Below, piece by piece: positions 10,014 to 20,613 of a stretch of 64,000 nucleotides of DNA. This DNA is from Candidatus Bathyarchaeota archaeon (GTDB lineage Archaea > Thermoproteota > Bathyarchaeia > Bathyarchaeales > Bathycorpusculaceae), in assembly GCA_963815095.1 (NCBI GenBank), contig CAWFFH010000001.1, positions 1 through 64,000 on the forward strand. The letters run 5' to 3'. The notes under the pieces are model-generated. The model was given only the letters and a program-made list of their open reading frames with translations. It was not told the DNA's origin and searched no databases. The translations under genes and the position numbers were made by a program. The first letter of the stretch is position 1, and the number at the start of each line of letters is the position of its first letter.

Positions 10014-10310
10014 TTGGAGTTTGAGAAAATGCCAATAGATTCAGCTGAGTGGAATTTGGGAAAAATAGTATATTCGCTTAAAGAAAAAATATTGATTTTT
10101 CTTAAAAAAAATCCTGATAAAGCATTTAACATTAAGGAAATAATAGAGGGAACAGGTTATTCCATTCAGGTTGTTATGCTAGATTATGGGGATGCTCCTG
10201 AATCGCGATTTCGTCGTACTTTAGAAAACTTGGAGGAAGAAGAAGCCATTGAAATAAGATCGATCAAAAAAACTTTCGGAGAAGAATTATTTTATAAGGT
10301 CAAAAGCTAA
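10014..10310 (+). CDS. Small winged-helix protein
   Basis: KILIFLKKNPDKAFNIKEII...LENLEEEEAIE...FYKV. Confidence 0.6.
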   Translation: MEFEKMPIDSAEWNLGKIVYSLKEKILIFLKKNPDKAFNIKEIIEGTGYSIQVVMLDYGDAPESRFRRTLENLEEEEAIEIRSIKKTFGEELFYKVKS

Positions 10311-10467
10311 AAAAACTCGAATAATGATACGACCAAATGACCTTTAAATTATAATCATAACCTTTCGCATTTCATAATCTGTTTTCTTTTGATATTTGTT
10401 TGTTTTTTTATCCTCCGACGCCTATTTTTGAATGTTATATAAAAAATCAAGACATTGCTTTTGATAT

Positions 10468-10914
10468 TTAGAAGTTTGCAGGATATCGGCCATACGCTTC
10501 TATCATTTCTTCAGATAGCGATTTCTTCCCCGCATTTCTAACAAAGTCTGCTGCAACAACTATTCCAACTAATTTGTTCTGCTCTACTACTGGAAGTCTT
10601 CTAATTTTGTTACTCGACATTAGCCTAGCTGCTTCCTTAAGTGAAGCATTAGGACCCGTCGTAATAAGCGCCTTAGACATAATCTCCGAGACCTTGGTGT
10701 TCAGAGGCAATTTCTTCGCCACGACCTTTCTGACAAAATCCCTTTCAGTTATTATTCCAGCTGGAAGTTCTCCATCCAAAATCACTAAACAACTAACATG
10801 GTTTTCACTCATGAGGTCAGCCGCCTCAAGAATATTGCTGTCAATGCCGATTGAAACAACCTTTTTCGTCATAATATCCTTTACTTTCGGCATACTATCC
10901 CACTTCGTATTCAA
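10468..10914 (-). CDS. CBS domain pair protein
   Basis: KVKDIMT, GIITERDF, KIRRLPVVE...LVGIV. Confidence 0.9.
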   Translation of the reverse strand: MNTKWDSMPKVKDIMTKKVVSIGIDSNILEAADLMSENHVSCLVILDGELPAGIITERDFVRKVVAKKLPLNTKVSEIMSKALITTGPNASLKEAARLMSSNKIRRLPVVEQNKLVGIVVAADFVRNAGKKSLSEEMIEAYGRYPANF

Positions 10915-10922
10915 CCTTTAGT

Positions 10923-11114
10923 CTAAATTAAACCCGTTTCCGCTCCATGGACCATCCGGATATGCCTATCGAGATCTGCTTTTGTATTAAAAGTCTGGTC
11001 ATCTAATTCGCATCGGAATTTCCCATTCTCAGCTTTTTCGGTTTTAGAAATAGAACGCCTTGACAATACAAAACATCTCCTTTCTAAATTAAGTATTTTC
11101 TGCCTTAAAAACAA
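10923..11114 (-). CDS. Small C2H2-like zinc-finger protein (CxxD variant)
   Basis: FRCELDDQTFNTKADLDRHIRMVH; true start probably downstream of the annotated one. Confidence 0.55.
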   Translation of the reverse strand: MFLRQKILNLERRCFVLSRRSISKTEKAENGKFRCELDDQTFNTKADLDRHIRMVHGAETGLI

Positions 11115-11431
11115 TTTCTGGTAATGAAAGATAACTCATAAAACTTTACGATACTTAACGTTAATTATTTTTACATAGCTATTCTATTGACAAAACTATT
11201 GAACTGAATTATTAAAAAGTTAACTATGCAAATGATTTTTAGTTTAGATGAAGAGACAATAGAATGTCTTTTCTTTTGAATTTCGATAATGAATAGTGTT
11301 ATATGGAAAAAGCCCTGAAGTTGCAGTTTCATTTAATAGAAGTTGAATAGTTAAAAGCTAAATTATTATCTGAAAATATACGTCGGCACACTTTTATCTC
11401 AGAAGGAAGTTTACAACAAGGAGAGCAGTTC

Positions 11432-12529
11432 TTGATGAGCAATACTGACGCTATTCTTGCCAACAAACCTATAAAACGAAGAATCAGAAAACAAAGCCGC
11501 AAGTTTAGCTTCACATTTTATCAAGCGTTTTATGGTCCAATAGCTTTAATTAAAGCAATTTACCGGCAAGTTATCCTGCTGTCAATAATGTTTGTCGGTG
11601 GAGCAGCAATTTTCTCCCATTATGATCATCTTCCATTTGTCAATGCTCTCCTCGCTTCGGTCTCAACTATCACAACTATAGGTCTATTTGTTCCCAATGG
11701 AGGCAATTTCTTCACAATTAATCAAACGGAATCAGTACTCTTAATTATCCTAATAATAATATCCGTAGGTGCAGGCGCGTCGATAGTGCAGAGCAGTGTA
11801 ACTACTATAGTTAATGGTAATTTAGCCAAGGAAGAAGCTGAAAAGCACATGATTAAGAGGCTGAAAAAACACGCGATCGTTTTTGGATATAGTCATCTCG
11901 GAAGATATGTTAGCGAAAAATTAGAGGATTTAGGTTTTGATTACGTCATAATAACTAAAGATCCTGTTATCTATAATGAGTTGCTTAAGAAAGATGTTTT
12001 TGCAGTGCTCGAGTATGAAACTCAACCAATTGTTGCATTGAAGGCAGCCGGAATCGAAAGCGCATCAATGATTATTGTTGCTCATGAAAAAGATGCAGAT
12101 AATATGCTGATAATTCTTAGTGCAAGAAGAATGCGCCCCAACATAAGAATAATAACCGTAGTTCACGACCAGAGTTTGACTGAAACAGCCAAGACTGCCG
12201 GCGCCAATATGGTTATACCCGCTTCCGTTACAGTTGGTCATTTGTTGGCGCTTTCAGCGGTTACCAAGGATCTGGTCGGTGTTGTTTTCTCTGAAAAAAT
12301 TGGAACCAAGGAAATTGCCGAATTCTCCATTTTCAAGTCGTCCGAGCTTATCGGGAAAGGACTTCAGGAGGTCGCAAAATTCGCAGCAGTCATTGGTGTG
12401 GTACGTGATGAAAAGGTAGTAACCAATATTTTTGATCCCGCCTTTACAATAAAAGAAAACGACACATTAATCGTTTTAGGAGACACTGAAAAACTTCAAA
12501 AAGTCGAAAAAGAAGCTAAAGCACTTTAA
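11432..12529 (+). CDS. 2-TM cation (K+-type) channel with RCK/TrkA-N and TrkA-C domains
   Basis: TM1, pore helix STITTIGLF, TM2, Rossmann AIVFGYSHLG, AGIESA, TrkA-C IKENDTLIVLG. Confidence 0.85.
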   Translation: MMSNTDAILANKPIKRRIRKQSRKFSFTFYQAFYGPIALIKAIYRQVILLSIMFVGGAAIFSHYDHLPFVNALLASVSTITTIGLFVPNGGNFFTINQTESVLLIILIIISVGAGASIVQSSVTTIVNGNLAKEEAEKHMIKRLKKHAIVFGYSHLGRYVSEKLEDLGFDYVIITKDPVIYNELLKKDVFAVLEYETQPIVALKAAGIESASMIIVAHEKDADNMLIILSARRMRPNIRIITVVHDQSLTETAKTAGANMVIPASVTVGHLLALSAVTKDLVGVVFSEKIGTKEIAEFSIFKSSELIGKGLQEVAKFAAVIGVVRDEKVVTNIFDPAFTIKENDTLIVLGDTEKLQKVEKEAKAL

Positions 12530-12576
12530 AGATGCCCTTATAAAAATCGTAGTTTTTTCCATCTCATAGCTGAGGT

Positions 12577-15036
12577 TTAATGGATATGATGATTATGATT
12601 TCTTACAGCTTCTTCATGTCCCATTAATCTGAAGAAGTGAATCTTTAGCTGGTCAGTTACAAGGAAGGCAAGCAGCGCGTAGCCCCAGACAAATGCGGCA
12701 AATCCCCAACCAATCGGAGCCATGAATACACCATAGACGGCGAATAATGTTCCTATGACTTGTGTCACCTCAGTGGTTAAGAAGAGTATGCTGGCAGGAA
12801 GTGGGCGTTTCCAGAAGTGATTCACTCCAGTTCGCGCTAAATAAATAGTCAAATGCCCTGCAACAGCCATCTTTAAGAAGATCATCGTTTGCAATGAGCC
12901 TGAGCTTAAGTGGAATACATTTAAACCAATCAAAAAGAGCCCGAAGCTCGAAACGACACCTATTCCCCCAAGCAGAGAAGCCACAATCAGTACTCCACGC
13001 ATGTTCCAGCGAACAGGTTTCTCTTGTATTCTCACGTTGTCATATGCAATTGTCATAATGGGCATGTCATTAAGCAATGCAAGAATCACTATCATAACCG
13101 CCGTTAATGGATAGAAATTGAAGGCGAGAATTGAAAGCGACAGGAAAATTAATACTCGAGAGGTTTCGGCTATCCGGTAGACAGCGTAATTGGTCATTCG
13201 TTCAAAAATTTTGCGGCTTTCCTTTATCGAGTCGATAATAACGGAAAGACCAGGTTTCGTAAGCACTACATCTGCGGCAGATTTAGCCGCATCGGTTGCT
13301 CCTGCAACGGCGACTCCTGCATCCGCTTTCTTTAATGCAGGTGCATCGTTAACCCCATCTCCAGTCATCCCAACAATGTGACCTTTTTCCTGGAGCAACT
13401 CAACAATTCGATACTTGTGCTCAGGAAAAACTTGCGCAAAACCATCCGCGTTTTCAATAATGTCTTTTGCTTCACTGTCAGGCTTATTAATAAAAGAAGA
13501 TGCAGGGATTATGTTTGTCCCAAGATTGACTTCTTGAGCAATCTGCTTAGCGATAGCAATATGGTCACCGGTAACCATTTTCACCTGCAAACCCATTTTT
13601 TGAGCTGTCTTTATTGTCTCAGCAGAATCTTCGCGGGGAGGATCGTAAATAGCTAGAAGACCAACATATTGCCAGCTGTTATTTTCATCTCCCTTAATAA
13701 CTCCTAACGAACGATGTCCTTTGCTTGCGAAAGTGTTTACAATTTCATTTACTCGACCTTCGATTTCTGACTTGTTTGAAACTAGCGACAAAACAACTTG
13801 AGGCGCACCCTTGGACACTTTGAAGCATCCACCATCACGGGACTCCACGGTGGCTTCTGTCCGTTTTGAAACAGGGTCAAACGGCTTAAAATCAACTACG
13901 CTGTATCGACCAATAATATCAGCAACAACGTGAATCGATCTTGCCTTGGCGATAACCGCGTCATCGATCGGATCGTGATTTTCTTCTCTGGAAGCTAAAG
14001 CTCCATACAAGAGAGCATCATCAATTTCGAAGGTGCCAAATGCCTGAGCTTCAGCAACTGTTAGTTCATTCTTCGTGATCGTACCCGTTTTATCCGAACA
14101 CAATATGTCAACTCCAGCCATTTCTTCAATTGAAACCAGCTTGCTTACGATCGCTTCTTTCTTGGCGAGGGAGATTGCTCCAATTGCCATCGTGACAGTC
14201 AAAACGGCGGGCAACGCTACAGGTATTGACGCAACAACTAAAACCAGTGCAAACTGCAAAATAGCTAATGGATCAGCATGTCGAAAAAGAGCTGCAATGA
14301 CAACCGCCGAAACCATTATTGCAGCAAGAATGATCAAGTAGTTTCCTATTCTAATAACTGCTTTTTGGAAGTGACTTACAGTTCTGGCTTCTGCCACCAA
14401 CTTGGCGGTTTTGCCAAAAAAGCTACTTATTCCTGTTGCCACAACATAAGCGTCCATTTCGCCTTGCCTAATAATAGCTCCTGCATAAGCTATGTCAGAA
14501 ATGTTTTTTTCTACTGGCAGAGATTCGCCAGTTAATGCGGATTCATCAGCAAGCAAATACGTGCCTTTCATTAGTTTAACATCGGCAGGAACAATGTCGC
14601 CCAAGCGGACACGGACAATATCGCCGGGGACAAGTTCTTTTGAGGGTATCTCACTCCATTTACCTTCTCGCAAAACTCGGGCTTTGGGTGCAAGTCGTTT
14701 TTTCAAAAGTTCAATGGCATTGTCCGCTTTGCGTTCTTGCCAAAATCCGACAACAGCGTTCACAATTAACAAGGTGAAGATTATTGCAAAATCGTCATAG
14801 TGCTGTATTACTATAGATAATAGTGACGCAATTTCTATCATCCAGGGAATGGGTCCCCAGAAATAGCCCAAAAACTTGCGAAAGGAACTAACTTTCTTTT
14901 CTGGAATTTCATTTAATCCGTATTCTTCAAGTTTTCTAGTTACTTCTTCTGAAGACAGACCGGTCTTAACATAAACATCGAATGGTATTTCGTCGTTAGA
15001 AATTTCTTTTTCATTAGGTGCCAAGCAAAAATACAC
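12577..15036 (-). CDS. Plasma-membrane proton-efflux P-type ATPase (P3A), copy 1
   Basis: TGES, IPVALPAV, DKTGT, KGAPQ, TGDGVNDAPALKKA, YRIAET, LLNDMP (proton-acceptor Asp); His-rich C-terminus. Confidence 0.95.
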   Translation of the reverse strand: MYFCLAPNEKEISNDEIPFDVYVKTGLSSEEVTRKLEEYGLNEIPEKKVSSFRKFLGYFWGPIPWMIEIASLLSIVIQHYDDFAIIFTLLIVNAVVGFWQERKADNAIELLKKRLAPKARVLREGKWSEIPSKELVPGDIVRVRLGDIVPADVKLMKGTYLLADESALTGESLPVEKNISDIAYAGAIIRQGEMDAYVVATGISSFFGKTAKLVAEARTVSHFQKAVIRIGNYLIILAAIMVSAVVIAALFRHADPLAILQFALVLVVASIPVALPAVLTVTMAIGAISLAKKEAIVSKLVSIEEMAGVDILCSDKTGTITKNELTVAEAQAFGTFEIDDALLYGALASREENHDPIDDAVIAKARSIHVVADIIGRYSVVDFKPFDPVSKRTEATVESRDGGCFKVSKGAPQVVLSLVSNKSEIEGRVNEIVNTFASKGHRSLGVIKGDENNSWQYVGLLAIYDPPREDSAETIKTAQKMGLQVKMVTGDHIAIAKQIAQEVNLGTNIIPASSFINKPDSEAKDIIENADGFAQVFPEHKYRIVELLQEKGHIVGMTGDGVNDAPALKKADAGVAVAGATDAAKSAADVVLTKPGLSVIIDSIKESRKIFERMTNYAVYRIAETSRVLIFLSLSILAFNFYPLTAVMIVILALLNDMPIMTIAYDNVRIQEKPVRWNMRGVLIVASLLGGIGVVSSFGLFLIGLNVFHLSSGSLQTMIFLKMAVAGHLTIYLARTGVNHFWKRPLPASILFLTTEVTQVIGTLFAVYGVFMAPIGWGFAAFVWGYALLAFLVTDQLKIHFFRLMGHEEAVRNHNHHIH

Positions 15037-15095
15037 CTTGTTTAAGTATTATCTCACTTCTAATCAAAACTTGAAATCTTCGATGATTTCCTTTA

Positions 15096-15596
15096 TCAAA
15101 TATTGTAATCGTACCTCTTGAAATCGATATCTAAATCGATTAGTCTTTTAGGTATCCCCGTTTTTAGATCTTGAATGAGCTCAATTGTTGTTTTTGAATC
15201 AAGATGATATAAAGACCAAAAATTTTCAACGAAAAAAAGTTGAAGATCCAGTAATTGAATCCCACCAACTTCAAAGTCTTTGAGAAGTTTGAAGTAACTC
15301 TCCGGCATGGCAATTCCATATACCGTTCTCATTTCCTGCTTTTTCATCCTTCGCACAATCTCACCGACGGCGCATAAGAGTTCTTGTTCTTGGGCGGGGA
15401 TAGAATCTTTTTCTTTTTCCCCAATTGCTTCAACTATGTAGGTTTCTATATCCTTTTTAGCAGTTATGGCTGTACCAATACTGTTTCGGTGCGAGGTTGT
15501 AACGTTGAATCCTGCTCTTTCCAAATGTTGTTTAACACAATTAACAACATCTACCAAACCTGTGCGCTCTGTATCTGAATAGTTATCCTTAACCAT
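15096..15596 (-). CDS. Hypothetical protein, degenerate PD-(D/E)XK nuclease-like fold
   Basis: LERAGFNV...ITAKKD...IVEAIG...AVGEIVRRM...YGIAMP resembles restriction-endonuclease-like families, but catalytic D/K appear missing. Confidence 0.45.
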   Translation of the reverse strand: MVKDNYSDTERTGLVDVVNCVKQHLERAGFNVTTSHRNSIGTAITAKKDIETYIVEAIGEKEKDSIPAQEQELLCAVGEIVRRMKKQEMRTVYGIAMPESYFKLLKDFEVGGIQLLDLQLFFVENFWSLYHLDSKTTIELIQDLKTGIPKRLIDLDIDFKRYDYNI

Positions 15597-16447
15597 TGTT
15601 ACTAAACCGTCCTAAAACTCATAAGTATAGATCTTCTCAAACTACTTACATCGTTTTCAAGCAACGAAAGACAGATTATCCCAAATCTCAGCGAAAAAAT
15701 TTTCTCAACATTGATACGCCGAGTAATGCGTTGACTAAAGTTTGAACGCTTACTTGTGTCTTAATAATTTTATATTTTGAGCAATATTTAACTATTTTGA
15801 AAAAAGGGGCATCTGCTTTGCCTGAACAACTAAAGCGTTTATTTTACATACACTCAGTCATCGAAGCATTACTGAGCAGAAAGACATACCGATCTACATT
15901 AAACAAATACTTTTTTCTCCTCTTAAGAACGAACGAATCTCAAATAAGTTAACTAAGAATCATTGGAATGTTTTCTAAGTCTGAAATAGATGGGGCTAAA
16001 GAAACTGCGAATCGGTTTTTCATCCGGATTGAAAAGTAGTCTCAAAGAATAATTCTACTTTTTCTGTTTCTTTCTCTTCCGATTGAACTTGCCAACAACT
16101 ATGTCAACTTGTTTGGTGCGAAAGTAATATGGAACGGTATTTTAGGAACTTGGATAGGCATAATTAGATTTCTTTTCAGTATTCTTCAGTTCGTCTCTTT
16201 TTTTGCTATTTGTTTTTTTGATTTTAGCATCTAATACTTTAAGTTAGTTTAATGAGTTTTTCCACGAGTTTCTCCGCATCTTCTTTGTGAACTTTTTTTA
16301 CATATCGTACAAGCGTCTCGCATCTGCTAAAGTAAGAAATAAATTATAACATAGATGATATACGTTTAAGTCACATACTGAATGCGATTAATTTAAACTA
16401 TGATTCGAAAAATTAATTGTAGCCAAACAGCAAAAGGTTAAGGAATA

Positions 16448-17323
16448 ATGAGCAGTCAAACAATCACATTGCCCGATAAGCGCCAGCTTGGATATGCGAT
16501 AGAAGGAGAAGGTAAACCCGTTATCTACTTCCACGGCACAGCAAGTTGCCGATTGGAAATTCTGCTCCTAAAAGAATTCGCCCATAGAAACCAGTTCAAG
16601 CTGATTGGAATTGATAGACCTGGATACGGCTTATCAACTTTCTCAAACAGAATCGGGCTGCGCAACTTTGCCAAAGACGTTAACACGCTAACTGATTACT
16701 TGAAGCTCAGCAGTTTCGCAGTTTTAAGCTGGTCAGGAGGCGGTCCATTCGCATTGGCCTTCACCGCGCTGTTCCCAGAGCAGGTAACTCGTGTCGTAGC
16801 CGTCGGCTCACCCGCCTTGCCTTTCGATGCCTCGAAGGCACATAACGGTAATCCACTTGCAAAAGTGGCTATGAAAAATCGCTGGCTTGCGATGTGGGGA
16901 CTGAAGTTCTTCCGAGAATCAATACTCAAAGCAAACCAAGATGTAGATGACTACCTAAAATCTCGCAGTGGAAAAAACATGGTTGCCGAGTGGCCTAAAC
17001 CTGACAGAAAATTCTTTGCAGATGCAGCCTGGTTAAAACGGATGTATGCAGCGATGGCGGAGGGCTTTAGGCAGGAGAGCAGTGTGAAAACGATTTTTCA
17101 AGAGCACCAGTTGTTCCTAAAACCTTGGAGTGAGAATATAGGGCTGATTCCCACCGGGAAACTGACCGTGTGGCAGGGAGCACAAGATAAAACGTGTCCA
17201 GCTGGTAACGCACAAAAAATAGCTCAAGCTGTCAAAGGCACGCGAGTGATGCTTTTTCCAGATGAAGGACACTGTGCCATATTTGGCCAAATTCAAAACC
17301 TCAATAACGAACTCATAATGTAA
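16448..17323 (+). CDS. Alpha/beta hydrolase
   Basis: YFHGTAS, IDRPGYGLS, SWSGGGP elbow, QGAQD, DEGH. Confidence 0.9.
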   Translation: MSSQTITLPDKRQLGYAIEGEGKPVIYFHGTASCRLEILLLKEFAHRNQFKLIGIDRPGYGLSTFSNRIGLRNFAKDVNTLTDYLKLSSFAVLSWSGGGPFALAFTALFPEQVTRVVAVGSPALPFDASKAHNGNPLAKVAMKNRWLAMWGLKFFRESILKANQDVDDYLKSRSGKNMVAEWPKPDRKFFADAAWLKRMYAAMAEGFRQESSVKTIFQEHQLFLKPWSENIGLIPTGKLTVWQGAQDKTCPAGNAQKIAQAVKGTRVMLFPDEGHCAIFGQIQNLNNELIM

Positions 17324-17689
17324 ACTACAACTCTACCCAAAATTTGTCCTCACATAGTTACACTATTGGAGTGTTTAGTTTAGATTAAGTTGCGATAAAG
17401 AAAATTTGCAGAAAACTAGCTTTATTGATAACCCCCAAAAAAATAATATATTTTAAAAAAGTTTGATTAAACTTAATAACACTGCTTTAATGGGTTTCTG
17501 GGGTCTGTCGCCAACTTTACAGACGACGGAACTATGAGGTTATACCAATCAGTTTCTGGTTGTATTCTTCGACTTCGTCAACATCCATTTCGTCGTAAAT
17601 ATCATGGTTAAACAGATATCTTCGTCACTCAAGCCCACCTCTAAAATGTACCCTTTGATGAAGTTTTTCGTTTGGACGTCCTGGCTCTA

Positions 17690-17886
17690 ATTTCTCATCC
17701 CTTAACATCAATTATAACTGGGATACCCCCAACTTCACGCACTGTTTCTATAACGATTTGTATCGAGGATATTACCCTAAGCGGTTTTTATCCTAACGTT
17801 TTTCATGCCTCTTGGAACATTTCTTCAATCACTTGCTTTGAAGAACAGGCGGGATCCAAAGTGCATAAAATCTTTGCTTTCTTCAA
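17690..17886 (-). pseudogene. Pyruvate kinase N-terminal remnant
   Basis: Minus strand LKKAKILCTLDPACSSKQVIEEMF, then after shifts GMKNVRIKTA*G and IETVREVGGIPVI..VKG; matches the PK N-terminus (KTKIVCTLGPA...GMNVARIN). Confidence 0.55.
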
Positions 17887-18085
17887 AAAACATTTCTCGT
17901 TGCAACTAGAAAACTACACTTTCTAAGTTAAGGTTGACGGCGATTAATTATAATTAACATTGAAAATTTAGGTATGAACTTTTTTGGAGAGGCGATCAAT
18001 AGGAATTATTTACTTATTTTATGATTCAGTTTGTAAATGTAGTTGCGTCATCACAACCACAAGTTGTTATAAGGCTCATCCTTAA

Positions 18086-18466
18086 TTGCTCTTTATTTCA
18101 GGTCGTGCTGTTTATTTGTCCAAAATAGTCATAACCAAGAAGCAGCCTATAGAAAAACCTAACAACCAAAACCTACTCAGAACAGTTCCTCTTGAAAATG
18201 GTTTTCATTTTTTCACAGAAATCGGAAAATACACCGGGATAACAGCACGTAGCACAGTTGAACTCGCCGAAAAACTCCAAACAATACCCATTCAATCTGT
18301 AACTTTCCATTTTCAGCGTAAAGACTTTCAAAAATGGGTCAAAAACACTATTGGCGACGAAGAACTATCAATGAGAATAGACCAAATTATGACGCAGCCC
18401 TCAGACGAATACTTACGGAAAAATCTATTCAAAACGGTTCATTATCGCATAGCCGAATTAGAATGA
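18086..18466 (+). CDS. Stand-alone DUF5752-like protein
   Basis: LRTVPLENGFHFFTEIGKYTGITARS..EL..K..TI...SVTFHFQRKDFQKWV...GDEEL; visibly homologous to the tail of the ATPase at 23931..26744. Confidence 0.75.
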   Translation: MLFISGRAVYLSKIVITKKQPIEKPNNQNLLRTVPLENGFHFFTEIGKYTGITARSTVELAEKLQTIPIQSVTFHFQRKDFQKWVKNTIGDEELSMRIDQIMTQPSDEYLRKNLFKTVHYRIAELE

Positions 18467-18574
18467 TCCCCTAATATCCCTTCAGTACTGAATAAAACGA
18501 TAAAGTGCACTTTACTCGAAATTTGAAAAAAGTAAAGATGTAGTTTCTTCAACAAAATATATTCTAACAGGTAA

Positions 18575-19579
18575 GTGGAGAAAATGAAAATAGCCTTTTT
18601 TGAAGTGGAAGACTGGGAAGAAGAATATCTTAAAAAGAAACTGAACAATCACGTACTACAGTTCTTAAATGGAAAACTAAGTTTGGAAAACGCCCGGCAA
18701 ATAAAAGATTTTGATGCGGTTTCAGTTTTCATCTATTCTAAAATAGACGAGCAAGTTATACGGGAAATTCCAAATTTGAAATTAATAACAACGAGGTCCA
18801 CCGGCTTTGACCATATCGATTTAGAAGCATGCAAAAAACAAGGGATTACCATTTGTAACGTTCCGTCTTATGGAGAGAACACTGTTGCCGAGCACACTTT
18901 TGCTTTGATCCTTTCGTTGTCAAGAAACATGTGTAAGGCATGCATTAGACGTTTTGAACAAGATTTTTCGATAGACGGGTTAGAGGGGTTTGATTTAAAA
19001 GGAAAAACTATAGGCGTAATCGGAACGGGTCAAATCGGCTTGCATGTCATAAGGATTGCAAAGGGCTTTGGCATGAACGTTGTAGCCTATGATGTCCGTC
19101 AAAACAAACTCTTATCGGAGGTCTTAGGGTTTGAATATGTTACGCTGGAGGACCTTTTAGCTAGATCAGACGTAATTACACTTCATGTACCCTACATGAA
19201 AGCCACACATCATCTCATGAACAAAGATACATTCAAACTTGTAAAGAAAGGCGCCATTCTGATAAACACTGCAAGAGGCAGCATCGTGGACACTGAAGCA
19301 TTAATCGAGGCTCTTGACAACAAAATACTAGCTGGTGCGGGTCTGGACGTTTTTGAAGGTGAAGAAGTTATAAAAGAGGAAAAACAACTTTTATATGACC
19401 CTAAAAACCTCGAAGTCTTGAAAAGCCTAGTTAAGGATCACATTCTGCTAAGCAAAGACAACGTCGTTTTTACTCCTCACATAGCTTTCTATAGCAAAGA
19501 AGCTCTAGAAAGAATACTTGAAACAACAGTGGAAAATGTAGTTGAGTTCGTTTCCGGGAAACCACAAAATGTTGTTTAG
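18575..19579 (+). CDS. D-isomer-specific 2-hydroxyacid dehydrogenase (D-lactate dehydrogenase-like)
   Basis: RSTGFDHID, VAEH, GVIGTGQIG, INTARG, GLDVFEGE, TPHIAF. Confidence 0.9.
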   Translation: MEKMKIAFFEVEDWEEEYLKKKLNNHVLQFLNGKLSLENARQIKDFDAVSVFIYSKIDEQVIREIPNLKLITTRSTGFDHIDLEACKKQGITICNVPSYGENTVAEHTFALILSLSRNMCKACIRRFEQDFSIDGLEGFDLKGKTIGVIGTGQIGLHVIRIAKGFGMNVVAYDVRQNKLLSEVLGFEYVTLEDLLARSDVITLHVPYMKATHHLMNKDTFKLVKKGAILINTARGSIVDTEALIEALDNKILAGAGLDVFEGEEVIKEEKQLLYDPKNLEVLKSLVKDHILLSKDNVVFTPHIAFYSKEALERILETTVENVVEFVSGKPQNVV

Positions 19580-19690
19580 CCCAACGCGACATAACTATTG
19601 GAAGAATTGCATCTTAAAAGAAAATTCTGTTTCTTTCAATCAGACATTATATCCAAAACCTGGTTTATCCAAAAATCTTTGAGACCGATT

Positions 19691-20191
19691 TTAAAGGATG
19701 CCTAATGCGGTAAGAACATGAAAAATTATCACCAAAAAAAAGACCATGACTAAGGCGGCGTGGATAAACTGGTTAGTTTTATGGTCTATTTGCTTTAATA
19801 GGGGGAATCTTTCTGCGAAACCTGTTGTCACTTCTAAAGTTAATGCAATGTATAGGATTAAGCCTGTTCCCAACGCTGGGTAGAATGCTATTGGTCTGCC
19901 CAGTTGAGTTGCAAAATGAATCGAGATTAACGAAAAGAATAGAAGGTTACCAAATATGTGGTACCTTAGAAGTCCTTTAAACTTTTCAGGATAATAACGC
20001 TTTAAGACCACGAATGCTGGGGTATCGATTGCGATGTAGCTTGTGCCAATTATGGAAAGCCAATGGCTAAAACGTAGAGGACCAACAAAGAAACTTAAAT
20101 TAATCCAATGCAGATAGGCAGCTACCATAAACGAACCTGCTACTATGACAATTAATAGTGCCAGCAAGAACTCGGAGTCTTTGAAGTTCAC
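19691..20191 (-). CDS. Multi-TM membrane protein with paired histidines (cytochrome b/ferric-reductase-like TM domain)
   Basis: About five hydrophobic segments; YHIFGN...IHFA and IHAAL...FHVL His spacing suggests heme ligation. Confidence 0.55.
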   Translation of the reverse strand: MNFKDSEFLLALLIVIVAGSFMVAAYLHWINLSFFVGPLRFSHWLSIIGTSYIAIDTPAFVVLKRYYPEKFKGLLRYHIFGNLLFFSLISIHFATQLGRPIAFYPALGTGLILYIALTLEVTTGFAERFPLLKQIDHKTNQFIHAALVMVFFLVIIFHVLTALGIL

Positions 20192-20484
20192 TAAAATCCT
20201 CTGCCTTAACTCTTGGATAACAGAATATAAAAGTTACTTAGTATAAGCATCTGAGCACGTTGCCTTATCCCCATATTAAGTTGTGAAATTAGTCGTTGAC
20301 AATGCTTTGTCTTTTCGCCCGGTGGTTTGAGCGCTTATTTTAAATACCAAGTCCCTGATTGGGAGCTTATAGCTGGCGGTTCTTGGTGATCGATACAGAA
20401 AACCTGACCAAGAAATTCGGCAACCTTACAGCCGAAAAAAATTGCGCTGCGCTAAGTGGAAGTGTTTAGACTTAGATACTAAAA

Positions 20485-20613
20485 ATGGAGGTGAGAGTAA
20501 CGGCTGAATTAACAATTGTGATAATTATCGTTGTAACGATTGCTCTTATGTTGATAGGTTATTTTCTTATAGGACCACCTGGTAACCGGAGAAGGAATAA
20601 GAGAAAAAATTAA
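20485..20613 (+). CDS. Small single-TM peptide, 42 aa (not in ORF track)
   Basis: MEVRVTAELTIVIIIVVTIALMLIGYFLIGPPGNRRRNKRKN*: hydrophobic helix and basic tail. Confidence 0.4.
   Translation: MEVRVTAELTIVIIIVVTIALMLIGYFLIGPPGNRRRNKRKN

Noticed and set aside
20386-20435. MIDTENLTKKFGNLTA, resembling an ABC ATPase N-terminus
   Set aside because: Only about 16 codons with no Walker A following; at most a tiny relic.
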